In this document: one piece after another, positions 1 to 11,771 of the stretch | Numbering within the stretch: position 1 is the first letter of the stretch | How the letters are laid out: every line of letters begins with the position of its first letter | Assembly: GCA_028534125.1 (NCBI GenBank) | Contig: CM052818.1 | Coordinates: forward strand, 41,170,001 to 41,234,000 | DNA length: 64,000 bases | Source of the DNA: Lama glama | Lineage: Eukaryota | Reading direction: 5' to 3' | The notes under the pieces: model-generated | What the model was told of the DNA's origin: nothing | Seen by the model: the letters and a program-made list of their open reading frames with translations, nothing else | Database searches by the model: none | Translations under genes and position numbers: made by a program

Positions 1-81
1 CTTATTTGTGGGTTATTTTTTAAAACGTATCCTGAATTTAAATTCTGAGCTGTCTCATTATCTTCAGTTCTATTTTCTTTT

Positions 82-289
82 TTTTTCATTTTTCAGTTTT
101 ATTAGGTAGAACTGTTACGATTTGATTGCACACATACATTATATTGCATGTAAATACATGTGCACAATATGCACAATTTTTTTTTAGTTTATGTATATGT
201 ACTGACCATTGTTTCTAAGAACAGGTTAGAGCTTTAGCTTTTTAAACTTACATAGTTATCAAAGGAATAAAGCCAACCACAAAATAATA
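82..289 (-). pseudogene. Short L1-mediated retrocopy of a polyadenylated transcript 3' end (source unidentified)
   Basis: On the minus strand there is AATAAA (+ tttatt 98-103) followed about 12 nt later by an A tail. It is flanked by a 19-bp direct repeat with 2 mismatches (ttcagttctattttctttt 63-81; ttcagttctttattctttt 290-308) at an L1-endonuclease-like TT/AAAA site. Confidence 0.6.
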
Positions 290-659
290 TTCAGTTCTTT
301 ATTCTTTTAAAGTTTCTGGTCGAGAGAATCAGAACTTTTTTCTCTGATTAGTTTATAATTTCTTTTCCTAAGGCCCGTGGAGATAATATGAACTAAGATC
401 ATGAATCAAGATGTTCATGGGCAACCTTGAAGCCTAGATGAAATGGCTACATTCTCTCCAGGTTTCTGCCACTCTCCAAACTATCTCACTTTTACTTGTA
501 GGTAGGAATTAAGAAACAAATAGTGTTTACCCTTGACGCTTTCTCCTCTCATCCTATCCCTGATGATCACCCATAGTATTATTATGATGGCAGTCCAATC
601 CCTAGCCTCAGGTTTTCATTGGATGAGTGGGGGAATGTTTTAAACTACATCAGTGGTGG

Positions 660-2030
660 AGCTACCTAGATAATCTCCAGCATCTGAGACTTAATATGAA
701 ACTTATTGTCTGCACCTGCCACTTGCCTTCCAAACCAGGTCCTTCTGTAATCTTGATCATGATTCTACTACCTAGTTAGTTAAGTGTACAAATTAGAAGC
801 CTTATATTCAGCATTCATTTCTGTATCCAGAGTTCCTAAATCCAGTTAATTGTTAACTCCATTTTTGCTTTCAACTGCCAGCACCCAAGTCCAGGCTTTT
901 TTTATTTTTCACTGGGATACTATAATTACTTCTGCTGGGAGACAAGCTGCTGGAAAACAAGCCGCTGGAACCCGAACAGCTGGAAAACAAGCCGCACCTA
1001 AATTTCCATGAGCTTAAAATATTATATTCACCCTTGCTTGTTTAAAATGCACGTGCTTGCTTTGTTTTAATGTTTTACGCAGTAGATGACCTATAGCACG
1101 TTTTATGCTAAAGACAATTTGTGGTGAGCAATCCTGAGACTGACTATAAAGGCATGAAGGAGGGCAGATGTTTCCTTAGGGTAAAGTGATGGACAGTCCT
1201 GGAAAGCCGGATCATCCATTAACAGAACTTTGTTCTGGCCTGAAAGCATGCGGTTAAGCCCAGGGGAAACATTTGCTATCTTGAGATGTCCAGGAGGCAA
1301 TAGCAGGATAGATTTAGAAATTTTGCATACCTCGAGGAGGGTGATTGTTCCTGGAAGGAATAGGCCTGAAATTAATCAGTTAATCAGCAAGCAGAACTTG
1401 GTGCTTATCGCATGGAATATCTAAAGCCTCACCTCTTTGATCGCATTTTTTCTGAGCTGTATACTCCTAATAAATACGATGTCGACCCAGCTTTCGGGAC
1501 TCTGGAGCCATGAGATCTTGAGTCCCCTGGTCCCATCTTTGCTCTTTACTTTGTCTCTTTATTTCTTAAGTCTTGTGTCGCCCGTCCTCAGACACGATCC
1601 CACGCTGTGCTGGACACAGCATACTTCTGTACTGGATTTTTTGCCTTTATATTTTCCCCACTTATTTCTCACTCTCACCAATTTCCTTTTTAAAGGAAAA
1701 TCCAATCCTGGCATTTCCCTGCTTAGCAGTCTTAGATTGGTTTTCCGTATGTGAGATGATTTCCAAGATTTTATCATCATTAGAAGTTTGACCGGTAACA
1801 GATATGTACAAGGCCCTCATTATGACATTAAATTTTTACAAATTACCTTTCTGTCCTTATCTGGGGCTATTCAGCACCATATAGCAAACTTCTTGTTTTT
1901 CAAACGTACCTTGCTTTTTTTATAACCGTATGACTTTGTTCAAATAATTGTCTCTGGAAGCCCAGCCCTAATCTAATACCTGATGCATTCCTTGCGCTCA
2001 AAGGTCTACTTCTGTTCCAGCTTTCTGACC
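660..2030 (+). mobile_element. Old L2 LINE fragment, split by the LTR at 933-1621
   Basis: Degenerate L2 motifs (cccaagtccagg...ctgggatactataat / ttccctgcttagcagtctt...tacaaggccctc) continue in order on both sides of the LTR. Confidence 0.6.
933..1621 (+). mobile_element. Young solo LTR, ERVK/betaretrovirus-like
   Basis: TGCTG...CAGCA termini, exact 6-bp TSD TACTTC (927-932; 1622-1627), AATAAA at 1469-1474, 17-bp direct repeat gctggaaaacaagccgc (949-965; 979-995) and many retained CpGs. Confidence 0.85.
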
Positions 2031-2239
2031 CTCTTCTCTATCAAGATCATTATATGATAATGTACAGTAAGTAGAATAAACTGGAAAGTAAACTCTTTTA
2101 GGGGAGAGTTTGCTTTGTTGAAATGATGAGCTGGTAAACTGTGAGCGGAAACTTGCCTGCATGGACTTCATGTCAAATTGCAGCACAGATTTCCCAAGGA
2201 AAGGAAAGCTATTCTGCCTAGAAGAGAGAAGAACAAAGG

Positions 2240-2930
2240 AGCTAAGGGAGCCTGAGACTGGATGAAAAGATAGTGAGGGGTCTTGATGCCAGGCTGACAG
2301 TTTAGATCTTACTTCTGATGAGAAGCCATCCTTTTAAGCCATGGAGGGACATGACTGGAGTTGTGTTTTTTGCAAGACTATTCCATTAGCCGTGTGAGGG
2401 ATGGTGTGAACCTAAGGGTGAGGGTGGAGTAGGATAATACTCTGGAAGACTATTGCAGTGACATAGACCAGAAGCTGGCAAGGCTTTTTTCTGTAAAGGG
2501 TCAGATGCTAAATATTTTTGCCTTTATGGACTGTATATGGTTAATGTTGCAACGACTCAACTCTTACTGTAGCTTGAAAGCAGTTCTGGACAATATGTAA
2601 ATAAAACTTTAATTACAAAAATAGGTTGACGGCCAGGATTTGGTCCAAGGGTTGTAGTCTGATATAACACATGATCTAGACAAGCAATGATAAAGACTGA
2701 ACTTGAACCAGGCCTAGACATTGGTAAAAACCTGGTGAGCAATTAGACATGGATGGGAAGAAAGAGGAGGAAGAATCAAGGGAGGTCCTGGACTTCTAGC
2801 ATAGGCTGCTGGGTGGTGCTACCACTGAAGATTGAGAATATAGGAGACTATGTTGGGCTTAATCTTTCACTGGCTGAATTTTAGCTGCTTGAGGGACATA
2901 CAGGGACAGTTGAAAACCAAAGAATATATG
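2240..2930 (-). mobile_element. L2 fragment interrupted by MER58
   Basis: Reverse L2 motifs (gaagactattgcagtg; ggacttctagcataggctgctgggtggtgctaccactgaag). Confidence 0.55.
2469..2673 (+). mobile_element. MER58A-like hAT-Charlie MITE
   Basis: Contains ttttctgtaaagggtcagatgctaaatatttt...gttgcaacgactcaactc. Flanks acatagac / atctagac resemble an 8-bp hAT TSD. Confidence 0.75.
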
Positions 2931-3800
2931 GTCTGAGGGACTTTTGACTCAATGCTGCTGTTATTCCTCTTTAGATCCTCCCACTTTGTATATGTTCTGG
3001 TTAAAATGCGTCTTTTAATCATCTTACTACAGAATGAACTGTTTTCAATGCATTTTATGTTTTCCCCTTATGACCAACAGTCCCCTTGTAACGAAGTCAG
3101 CTGTTAATGGACCCTAACCCTGAATGATGATTCATCTCATGCAACAAGAAAGCAGGTCTGTTGTTCTTTCTGGAAGAGTTTAGCATACCCTTGGGGAGTT
3201 TAATTTACTCCTTGTTGCAGGTAGGAATCCATTCTGCTACTTCTGGTTATAGTTTGGTTAACCATAAATCTGCGTTTGCTCATAAAGTCCCCTCTTTCTC
3301 TGCCTCCATCTTTTTCCCAATTATAAACTTGTTCTAATTGTTCAAATATTTGACACCAGAAATGAACTTTCTCCACTTTGACAAGGACCAGTTGTACATG
3401 GCTCCAACATTTCACCTCTCAAAAGCAGTGAAAACTGAAATGCCCGGTGATATGTTGGTGCCATTTTTCTAGGTAGTAAGGACAGCCACCCTCTGACAAG
3501 GGGAGTCTTTCCTTGGTTGATTTCCAAAACCACAGATATTTATTCAAACAGCCACAGTGTGGCTCTGTGCAGGGGAAGAAATGCCGAAGACTCAAGATCC
3601 CCAGACTTTTGGAAATGTCATTGGGCATTTGATCATCCTTTATTATATCTTTTGCTACTGTACTTTTTCTATTAAAACCTAATAAATTCTCATTTTTTTG
3701 AAGCAGCATGGAGGCTAGATTGTTACTCTTAATTTTTTTTAATTTTTTTGGGCAATTGGGGCAAGCTCAGAGTGAGGAATCAACAAATCAAACACTTTAT

Positions 3801-3967
3801 CAGTCGTTCTCAATTCTGGTTACACTTTAAAATCACCTTGGGAGCTTTTAACAAATACTGATGTTCAGACCAATTGCATCCAATTCTCTGGAGGTAGGGC
3901 CTGGGAATTTATGTTTTTTCATATCACTCCAGGTGATTGTAAAGGGAAGCTAGGTTGAGATGCACTG
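3801..3967. mobile_element. MER5A-like hAT-Charlie MITE
   Basis: cagtcgttctcaa...ttgagatgcactg inverted termini; internal aaatcaccttgggagcttttaacaaatactgatg. Confidence 0.75.
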
Positions 3968-4409
3968 CATTAGAATCAGAATTTAATTTTCTATTGTCTA
4001 GAAGGTGGCAGGGAAGTAAAGCACTGAGAATTAAACATCAGTCTCATCTCCTAGCCTGTGGAACGTTAATATTTAACCAGGTTACCACATGTTCTCAAAC
4101 TACCTGCCCTTAGCTTTAGAAGAGTCTTAAAAATTGGAATCTAACAGCATTCCAGGAACCACCACATCTTGTCCACCCTTGTCTGTACCTGTCCTGGCTT
4201 CTGAGTCCACTGATACAAATGCATAAGAGGACATTTCATCATAAACAGTTTTCCCGGGTAAAACTGGCAGCCCTTTAAAAACCACATTACTGGCGATAAC
4301 TGTAGATACTCTTCTGCCCAATGTTCTAAAGGAAATTGGATCTATTTAAACTCTGCATTCTATCTGTACATAACTGAAATATAATACATGCAATATTTTA
4401 AATATATGT

Positions 4410-4730
4410 CAACAATGCATACTTACTGAGTGACTACAATGCCTTGGGCTATGATTCAAAGAAATAAAATCTCTTATTCTGCAGGAGTATCCAGTTTAGA
4501 GAGAAGATGAGAGATGGAAATGAATAGCACTAGGAAACTCAAGTGCAGACTGCTGGACGAGGTACATGGAAGGAGGTAATTGCAGGAAAGAAGGGAGATG
4601 GGGAGTTGATCAGAGAAGTCTTCATGGAAGAAGGGTGGGTGTAGAGCTGCATCTTGAAGGAAGACAAGATCTTGGGTATGTGGCTATTAGGGTAGGGTAT
4701 GTTATCCCTTTCCAGAGGGATAACAAGTCA
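4410..4730 (-). mobile_element. L2 3' end fragment
   Basis: caacaatgcatacttactgagtgactac start and gaagtcttcatggaagaag...gagctgcatcttgaagga motifs. Confidence 0.5.
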
Positions 4731-5675
4731 AATGAAAATGAGAAGTTAATACTATTTTTTATTATTTTGGTGAAGGCTAGGAAGCAAAGAAGAAACATCT
4801 GAAAAGCTTCAGTAAGGGAAATAGTTTATTTTTCATTTTCAACATTTACAATTTTAAAATGCATGTTTTATGCTCTTTTCTGTTTAAAAGTAGCCATCCT
4901 ACTGAGAGTTAAGCTTTGTTTCCTTTTTTTATAAATAAAACCATCGTTCCGTGATGAATCATAACTCAGCACAGTATTCAGTATTCAAGGTTAGGTATAG
5001 AAAGCTCAACAGTGTGGAAAATGTTAATACAATTTCCCATCTTTTCTTGCTTAATTGCTAGATAACAAGTCTCAGGCATTACTCAGAACCACAGCGGACG
5101 TGGGAAATCCTAAAATAGATTCTTTTGTCAGATTATAGATTGTAGTGGAGAAGGGCACAGCCTGGCATCCTGGGTGATCAAAGATCTGTCTTGAGTCAAA
5201 TCCAATAATCTAGGTGAAAATGACACCAAAGCACCCTCCAGTTCTGGGCCATTCACCATCAAGTAAGCAAGGAGGAGAATGGATTCCATAAACATTTGAG
5301 AAGCACCTATTTTAGCTGTGGGTATGCTAATGAAGAGGCATGAACATTTAAAGCACAGTCTGCTCTCTCAGGGGATTAAACTGCATGAGAAGAGATGGAG
5401 CACCTGTCTAAGTAAGGGGATATGTTGAGGGGTAATGTACAAGCAGTGGTCATAGGTCAGATACATGTTCAAATCCGCATTTCCTGTCTGTTGGAAAACC
5501 TGGGAAAATTACCGATATTCTCAGCATCAGCTTCATTTGCTCATCTGAAATAAAGGGGTTAAAATCAAGGTTGTTACAAAGATTAAGAGACATAGTCTAT
5601 AAAAATCACTCAGCACAGGAGACAATAGGAATGTTAGGTTTTCTTCCGTATCAGTCTTTTTCTTTTCCCCCATTT

Positions 5676-6660
5676 CTTTTTTTGTTGTTGTAGTAAAGTA
5701 TACATAACAGACAACTTACCGCCTTAACCATTTTTTGTACATATTTATTCTTATTGAAGTATAGTCAGTTTGCAATGTTGTGTCAGTTTCTGGTGTACAG
5801 TGTAATGCTCAGTCCTACATGAACATACATATATTCATTTTCAGGTTCTTTTTCACCATGTTACTACAAGATATTAAACATAGTTCCCTGTGCTATACAG
5901 TATGAACTTGTTATTTATCTGTTTTATATATATTAGTTAGTATCTGCAAATCTTGAATCTTAACTATTTTGAAGTATAGACTTCAGTGGCATTGATTACA
6001 TTCACATACATACATCACTACCATCCAGCTCCAGAACTCATCTTGCAAAACTGAAACTCTAGACTCATAAATCAATAACTCTTTATTGCCTCCTCCCCAG
6101 CCCCTAGAAAGTACCATTTTACTTTCATCTTTGTAAATTTGATTACCCTAAGTACCTCATGTAAATGGAATCATCCAGTATTTGTGTTTTTGTTACTGTC
6201 TTATTTAACTTAGCAATATGGATGAAACTTAAGGTTTATCCATATTGTAGCATTGTAGCATGTGTCAGAATTTCCTTCCTTTTTAGGGCTAAATAATATC
6301 CCACTGTATTTATATACTACATTTTTCTTATCTGTTCATCCCCTGATGGACACTTGGGTTGTTTCCACATTTTAGCTGTTGTGAATAATGTTGCTATGAA
6401 CATGAGTGTATAACTGTCTCTTTGACACTCGCCTTCATGCTTTCACTTTTTTTGGGTATATACTAAATTTGAAATTCCTGAATCATATGGTAATTTAATT
6501 TTTAATTTTTAAAGGAATTGACATGCTGTTTTTCAGAGTGTCTATGCCATTTTACATTCCCACCAACAGTGCACAGATGTTCCAATTTCATCACATCCCC
6601 ATCAATACTAGTTATTTTCTGTTTTAATCTTTGTATCCATCCTAATGGGTGTGACATTGT
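5676..6660 (-). mobile_element. Old L1 (L1MB-like) 3' UTR/ORF2 end carrying a nested younger L1 tail
   Basis: Typical L1 3' motifs: aaactgaaactctagactcataaatcaataactc, gatggacacttgggttgtttccac, ttacattcccaccaacagtgcacag. Confidence 0.8.
5735..5958 (-). mobile_element. Lineage-specific L1 3'-end insertion nested in older L1
   Basis: gaagtatagtcagtttgcaatgttgtgtcagtttctggtgtacag, the same family as at 45548 and 56650. TSD cttaaccatttt (5723-5734) / cttaactatttt (5959-5970). Confidence 0.8.
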
Positions 6661-8231
6661 GTCCTAAGTGTTTGAAAGTGAGTGAGATCAATTTTAAATT
6701 AGGAGATTCAGGAGTTAAATGAGACAACCATCTAAGAGCATGTGCTAAGGAAGGACCAATATTATTTCTAATTTACTGGAACAGTCAGTTGGTGAAGAGG
6801 GAGAGAACTTTGGGGCTCAAATTTATTTAGGAAGCCTTCTTGAGGGAGGAGGACTTTTAGTTGGGAATTCACAAGTGGGAAGAATTGGGGCGGGCAAAGC
6901 TGGGAGGCCTTGTATGTAGGATGGAGGAATCCAGGCCCAGACATTAGAATAGGCTCAATCACATGTGAAGAATGATGAGATGCTCAGAACATGGGCAACC
7001 TAAGGGTGAAAGGGGGGAGTGGAGAATAAGGACATGGAGCTCATTGCTGAGCTTTGCTGAGCCTTCATCCTGGCTGGGGAGTCTGCCCTAGAGGAGCCTG
7101 GCCTCTCCTGGGGAAAAGACTGACCAGTGCTTAAGATGGCTCAGTTTTTAGTTAATTATATATATATATTCCTTCTTTTTGACTAGCCAACATTTCATTG
7201 GCGACTAAAAATTGCAACAATATGTGCTTTCTATGGATAAAACTCTGCTTGAGACATCAAGGCTCTGCTGCTTTATTTTGTACTTCCACAGTCTTACTCT
7301 CCCATCTGGGTTTTCAGCTAGATATTCTGGAATAGGGCCTTATGATTAGATTCTAATTCCACCAAACATGGTCTGTATCTAATAAGATTTCTGTGTGATG
7401 GATGAATAAATTATTACTGGAGTATTGTTTAAAACGCTACCATTCTTTTCAGGTAGGTGATCATTAACTATGAAAATGGAAACAAAATTTTCTGGCCAAA
7501 ATTTCATTAGGCATAACTAATCTATACATTGTGAATGAAATGACTTCACATTTGGCCAGACTGAGGTTTTCTTTAGTGGCCGTCAGTCCTTTTGGCCTGT
7601 GTGCTGGAAAGCCAGCTGCAGTATTCAGAGTTCCTTTGAGGCTGACCATGAAAGAAATTAGTGATTCTGGGAATACAGTGGGTCTTTTGCCTCTGCATTA
7701 GGCTTTGGAAATCATCTTGTCTGTCTAGAAACCAGACAAAAGCATCAGCATGGAATGATGGCTAGAGACTCCCTGAGAAGCTCCCAATGACTAAAAGAAG
7801 CCTTGCAGCGCCAGTACTCGTAGCCCCAACACAACAACACAAGCTCGCTCTCTCTCTCTCTCTCTTTTTTTTTTTTTGGTGTCATAGTTAAAACAATTCT
7901 TACATGTTTAGCTGTGTTTTTTAAACTTGACCCATTTCATAAGGTTTGCACTGGTGCCTGCTTAGTTCAAACTGTGCAGGTAACTGAAGAGAGCTAACAG
8001 CATGGGGAGGGTGAACACATACCTTGTCAAAGAAATAATGCCAAGAACAGAGCCAAAAAGCAAACCTGGGCTTCTTCCAAGGAATGACTAGTGTTGGTGG
8101 ATTCTGGATGCTGGGAGTCAGGGATATGAATAATAGTTCCAGAGGTGAGAGAGAAGGAGAAGGGTGCAGGAAGAGCTCAGGCAGTTTCATCAATGGGGCT
8201 GGAGTGTTCAAGGCTCATTTTTATTTGCCAC

Positions 8232-9507
8232 TGTGGATTAGTCCATAGGGCTTGGGTAGTTTTCCTGGTTTAAAGGCATGGAGTTAAGCAGATACTCTTA
8301 AAGCTGAGAAGGGAAGGGACTCTCTTTCCTCCAAGGCAGTGTTCACCAGTGGGTGTTCTATGGAAGAGTTGGGAGTATCTAAGCCAGGAAATCCTAATAA
8401 AGCCAGATAAGACTGAGAATACTATAAGTACTCAGTAACTGTTGTTTGACTGTGAGAGGACATTGTTAGAGAGGGAGGTAAAAGAACAAGATACTGCTTC
8501 CTTGCAGAAAGTAGACTGAGATTTCCAAAGGAGACCCCACTCAGACATGGGAAGAGGAGGGACAAGGATGCCTGAAAGCACAAATCAGGACTTGAGGGCC
8601 TGTGGGAAGATTGTCAGTGAGGGAGCTCAGGAGATGGGATGTGAAGTTCCAGTGCTATCCTGAGAATATTCTGTGGTCATTCCACTTAAGAGCCAAAGTC
8701 ATGGTGAGAGAGTAGAGAACTCTCTGTATGTTCCTGACAGGAAAGGTGTGTGGTCCTGTGGGCAATTGCTGGAGGAGAGATCTTGGGACAGGGAGCTTGA
8801 CAGTGGCCCGCATCTCTCTTGAGGAACTTCCTGGGCCAGAGAGCATGTCTAGCCTAGAAGGTAGGACCAAGACCAATGAGGAGACACTCCGACAGTTGCA
8901 GCTGTCCAAAACTGGTTGACAGGGGGGCAGCCCAGGCAGGGGTTTACCCAGCAAGGGTTGGCTGTCCACTTACTGAGATGGCAGAGAGGGGAGGATGTCC
9001 TCAGGCTGAGCACTGCAATAGTGACTATTAAGATCCTTTTTATGAGCTGACTCTGCTCCATGGCAGTAGGCATCCTGGCTCCTATGAAAAGGGTAGCTGT
9101 TACCTAAAAGTTTCTGAGGGCTGAAATTATTGGGGGAACACTGTCTCCTGAAAGACTGGCTCATAGAACCCCAAATTCTGAGTGAGGGAAGACAGAGACA
9201 TCCAGTAGTGGAATAGATGTTGCAGGTCAGAGCAGAAAGGAAATTGGGACATAAACAGAAACTGTAATGAGAAGCCAGCAACAAAGGAGGTCAGGAATGG
9301 AGCCAGCTCTAAGGTGGGCCCAGAGAGATGGTTCAGGGTCCACAGCCGAAAGCCCTGCTTATCCTCCAAAGTGCCCTTTTGTGCTGGTCCTGATGCCTAT
9401 CGCCAAGAGGGGGGAAGATTTCTAAAGAAACCAGGCTTGCCTGGGACCCGTGGTCCTCAGCGAACTGAAAAGCAGTGGTGGGGTCCATACCCAGCATTAG
9501 TATAACA
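8232..9507. mobile_element. Possible ancient long solo LTR
   Basis: About 1.28-kb G/A-skewed, GC-richer block bounded by TGTGG...TAACA. No TSD visible and family not securely recognised. Confidence 0.3.
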
Positions 9508-9984
9508 AGAATCGGGAGTTGGAGGTGGACTTCGGGAAACTCAAGTCAGACAGGTGTATGGTGTTGAACCTGAATGCTTCACTCAGGCAGTTTTCTCCTG
9601 TAAAGACTCCAGTTCCTCATATCTCTGAGTCATGTCCCACTCTCCAAAAAGCTTCCCTGTAAGTAAGAGATTTTTTGTTTCCCTGGCAACCATAGAGCTT
9701 CAGAAATTCAGCAGTATATTTTTTGTGGTGCTTCATAAACATCTTGATTATACCTGGTTTCTAAGTATGTTTGGTTGGTAGGAATGTTGCAGGTAGTAAA
9801 GCTGGTTAAATTGGATGGAATTCTTTTCTTGCCTCGTCCTTCCCCCACCTCCCAAACAATGCTTTTGGTCCTTTCTGGATGCTAGTATTTCTGACCCACA
9901 GAGCTATTGAATTACGACGTTGAGAAGCTGGAAAGACAAGCTTTGTTCGCTAATTAAGGTGCTATTTGTATGTCAGACTGCTAT

Positions 9985-10150
9985 AGGATAATGTTTACAA
10001 CTTTGGAATTAGATAGACTGGGTCCCAATCCTGGGTCTTCCATATACCAACAGTATGACTTTGGGTAAATCATTTAGTCTTTCTGAGTTTTTCCCCTTCC
10101 CATCTGTAACTGGAGATGCTATCCCAATTTCACAGGCTGTTGTGAGTAAG
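9985..10150 (+). mobile_element. MIR SINE
   Basis: tttggaattagatagactgggtcccaatcctgg...tgactttgggtaaatcatttagtctttctgag...catctgtaactggag core. Confidence 0.7.
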
Positions 10151-10544
10151 CTGGCCTGTTGTCATCAAAACCCTCAGAAGTCGAGAAGAATTGTCCCTCA
10201 AGATCCAGGCCAAAGTGAGTTCTCTTCCTTGGTACTCATAAGGTGCTAGGCCGCACTAAACACTAAAGAGAAACCATATCCATCAATCCTATTAATGGTG
10301 CCTCTCATGCTGGTAGACTTCTAGATAAAGCAGTATCCCTTTCCACCGTTAAAGATGGAAAACCGAGGAGAGTGACCTGATGATCTAGAGGGTGAGTGAA
10401 CACTGGACCCTATCTCTTTTGCTTCCTGACCCTGGGCTCCTTCTACCATGCCATGGTAATGGTACCAAGGGGCCTTGACCAAGGGGAAGGCTCTTAGCTA
10501 GGAATAAATGCCATCAGATACGACTGAGTGCCTGCTTTCTATTT

Positions 10545-10830
10545 TGTGGTGGTTGAGAGCAAAGGCTTGTGCACCAGACTTTTCAGATTCAAATCTTAGC
10601 TCCAATGTTTGTTAGAGGTATGACTTCAGGCAGGTTACTTATCTGCTCTGTGCCTCAGTTTTCTCATCTGTACAATGGGATAATAACAGTACTTGTTTAT
10701 GGAGATTAAACACGTTGTTATTTTATATATATATTTATATCTATAACTACATCATAGATAGTATTTATAATCTCAGAACAGCACATGACACATTATATGC
10801 ACTATATATAAGCATGTGTAGCCATATTGC
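10545..10830 (+). mobile_element. MIR SINE
   Basis: gtggttgagagc...caggcaggttacttatctgctctgtgcctcagttttctcatctgtacaatgggataataacagtac core. Confidence 0.8.
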
Positions 10831-10855
10831 ATTGGTAAAGGCAGTGAGAAATAAT

Positions 10856-10962
10856 TAGGTGATGATACATCCTAGTTTATGCCTATTGTCCTGGAATAAC
10901 TTTAAATATTCTCATTTTATTCTTAAAAATGTCCTATTTGGGGCAATAAATTAGTCACCCTA
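10856..10962 (+). mobile_element. MER81-like hAT-Blackjack MITE
   Basis: taggtga...gtcacccta termini with internal gtttatgcctattgtcctgg. Confidence 0.7.
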
Positions 10963-11459
10963 GGTGTAGCGTGAGGAAAAAAAAAGTCACTTTAGTGAAT
11001 CAAGAGACCTAGCTCTGTCAGAAAATTCCAGTGAGAATTTTGGCTTTTAACCTCTTTGTATCCTAGTTTCTTCATCTTTCAAGTGGATATTTAGTCTAAA
11101 TCCAATTTATATTCATGTCAATATCCAGTTTTTAGATGTCTACTATGTACATAGCACTATTCAAAACGTCTAAAGGTATGCAAAGGTCAACAGAACGTCC
11201 AAGTAGATGTTTGTCCTTACCAAAAAATTGTATTTCAGTGGGATAAAAAAACCTAGTGGAAGATAGGTAAGAAGTGCCAAAAATATAAGAGCATATCCTG
11301 TCCTCGAGAATTTCATGGTTGAGTGGAAAACAGCATTAGAGACCAAGAGTCACCACTAGGCAAAGTGTGCTGAGTAAGCAGTGGGTGGGGAAGAAAGAGG
11401 TATGAGGTCATTCAGGGCTGCATCCTCAAAGGAGACTTTCTGGAGGAAGATGTATGACG

Positions 11460-11640
11460 AGAGGAACATGGGTTTGAGTTAAACAGAGTTTAAATCCTAG
11501 TTCTATCACTAGTTGTGTATTTTGAATGCACTGCTTAACTTTCTTGAGCCTCTGGTCCCTCATCTGTAAAATGGGGCAAACAATTCCTTCAGTGACTTAA
11601 GTGTGGGAATAGATGCACCCTATTAGATAATAATAAATTA
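11460..11640 (+). mobile_element. MIR SINE
   Basis: cttaactttcttgagcctctggtccctcatctgtaaaatgggg core. Confidence 0.65.
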
Positions 11641-11720
11641 CAGCCACTATTTTTATGGTTGGAGAGGAGTTGAAAAGACATTCTAGGTATATGGTCTGAG
11701 TGAGTTTAATCACAGGCACA

Positions 11721-11771
11721 GAGAGGATGCTAGAGAGGATGCTAGAGAGAGGCAGAGAGAGGATGCTAGAA
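11721..11771. repeat. Short tandem repeat, 12-bp unit agagaggatgct (3 exact copies plus one degenerate)
   Basis: Directly visible. Confidence 0.8.

Noticed and set aside
4188..4325. Possible minus-strand exon (tttcctttag ... CAG/gtacag) with two open frames
   Set aside because: Neither peptide is recognisable, the donor is weak and no partner exons were found. Needs RNA-seq or conservation.
6877..6904. G3 quadruplex motif
   Set aside because: Two 7-nt loops, lies in decayed L2-like sequence, expected by chance.
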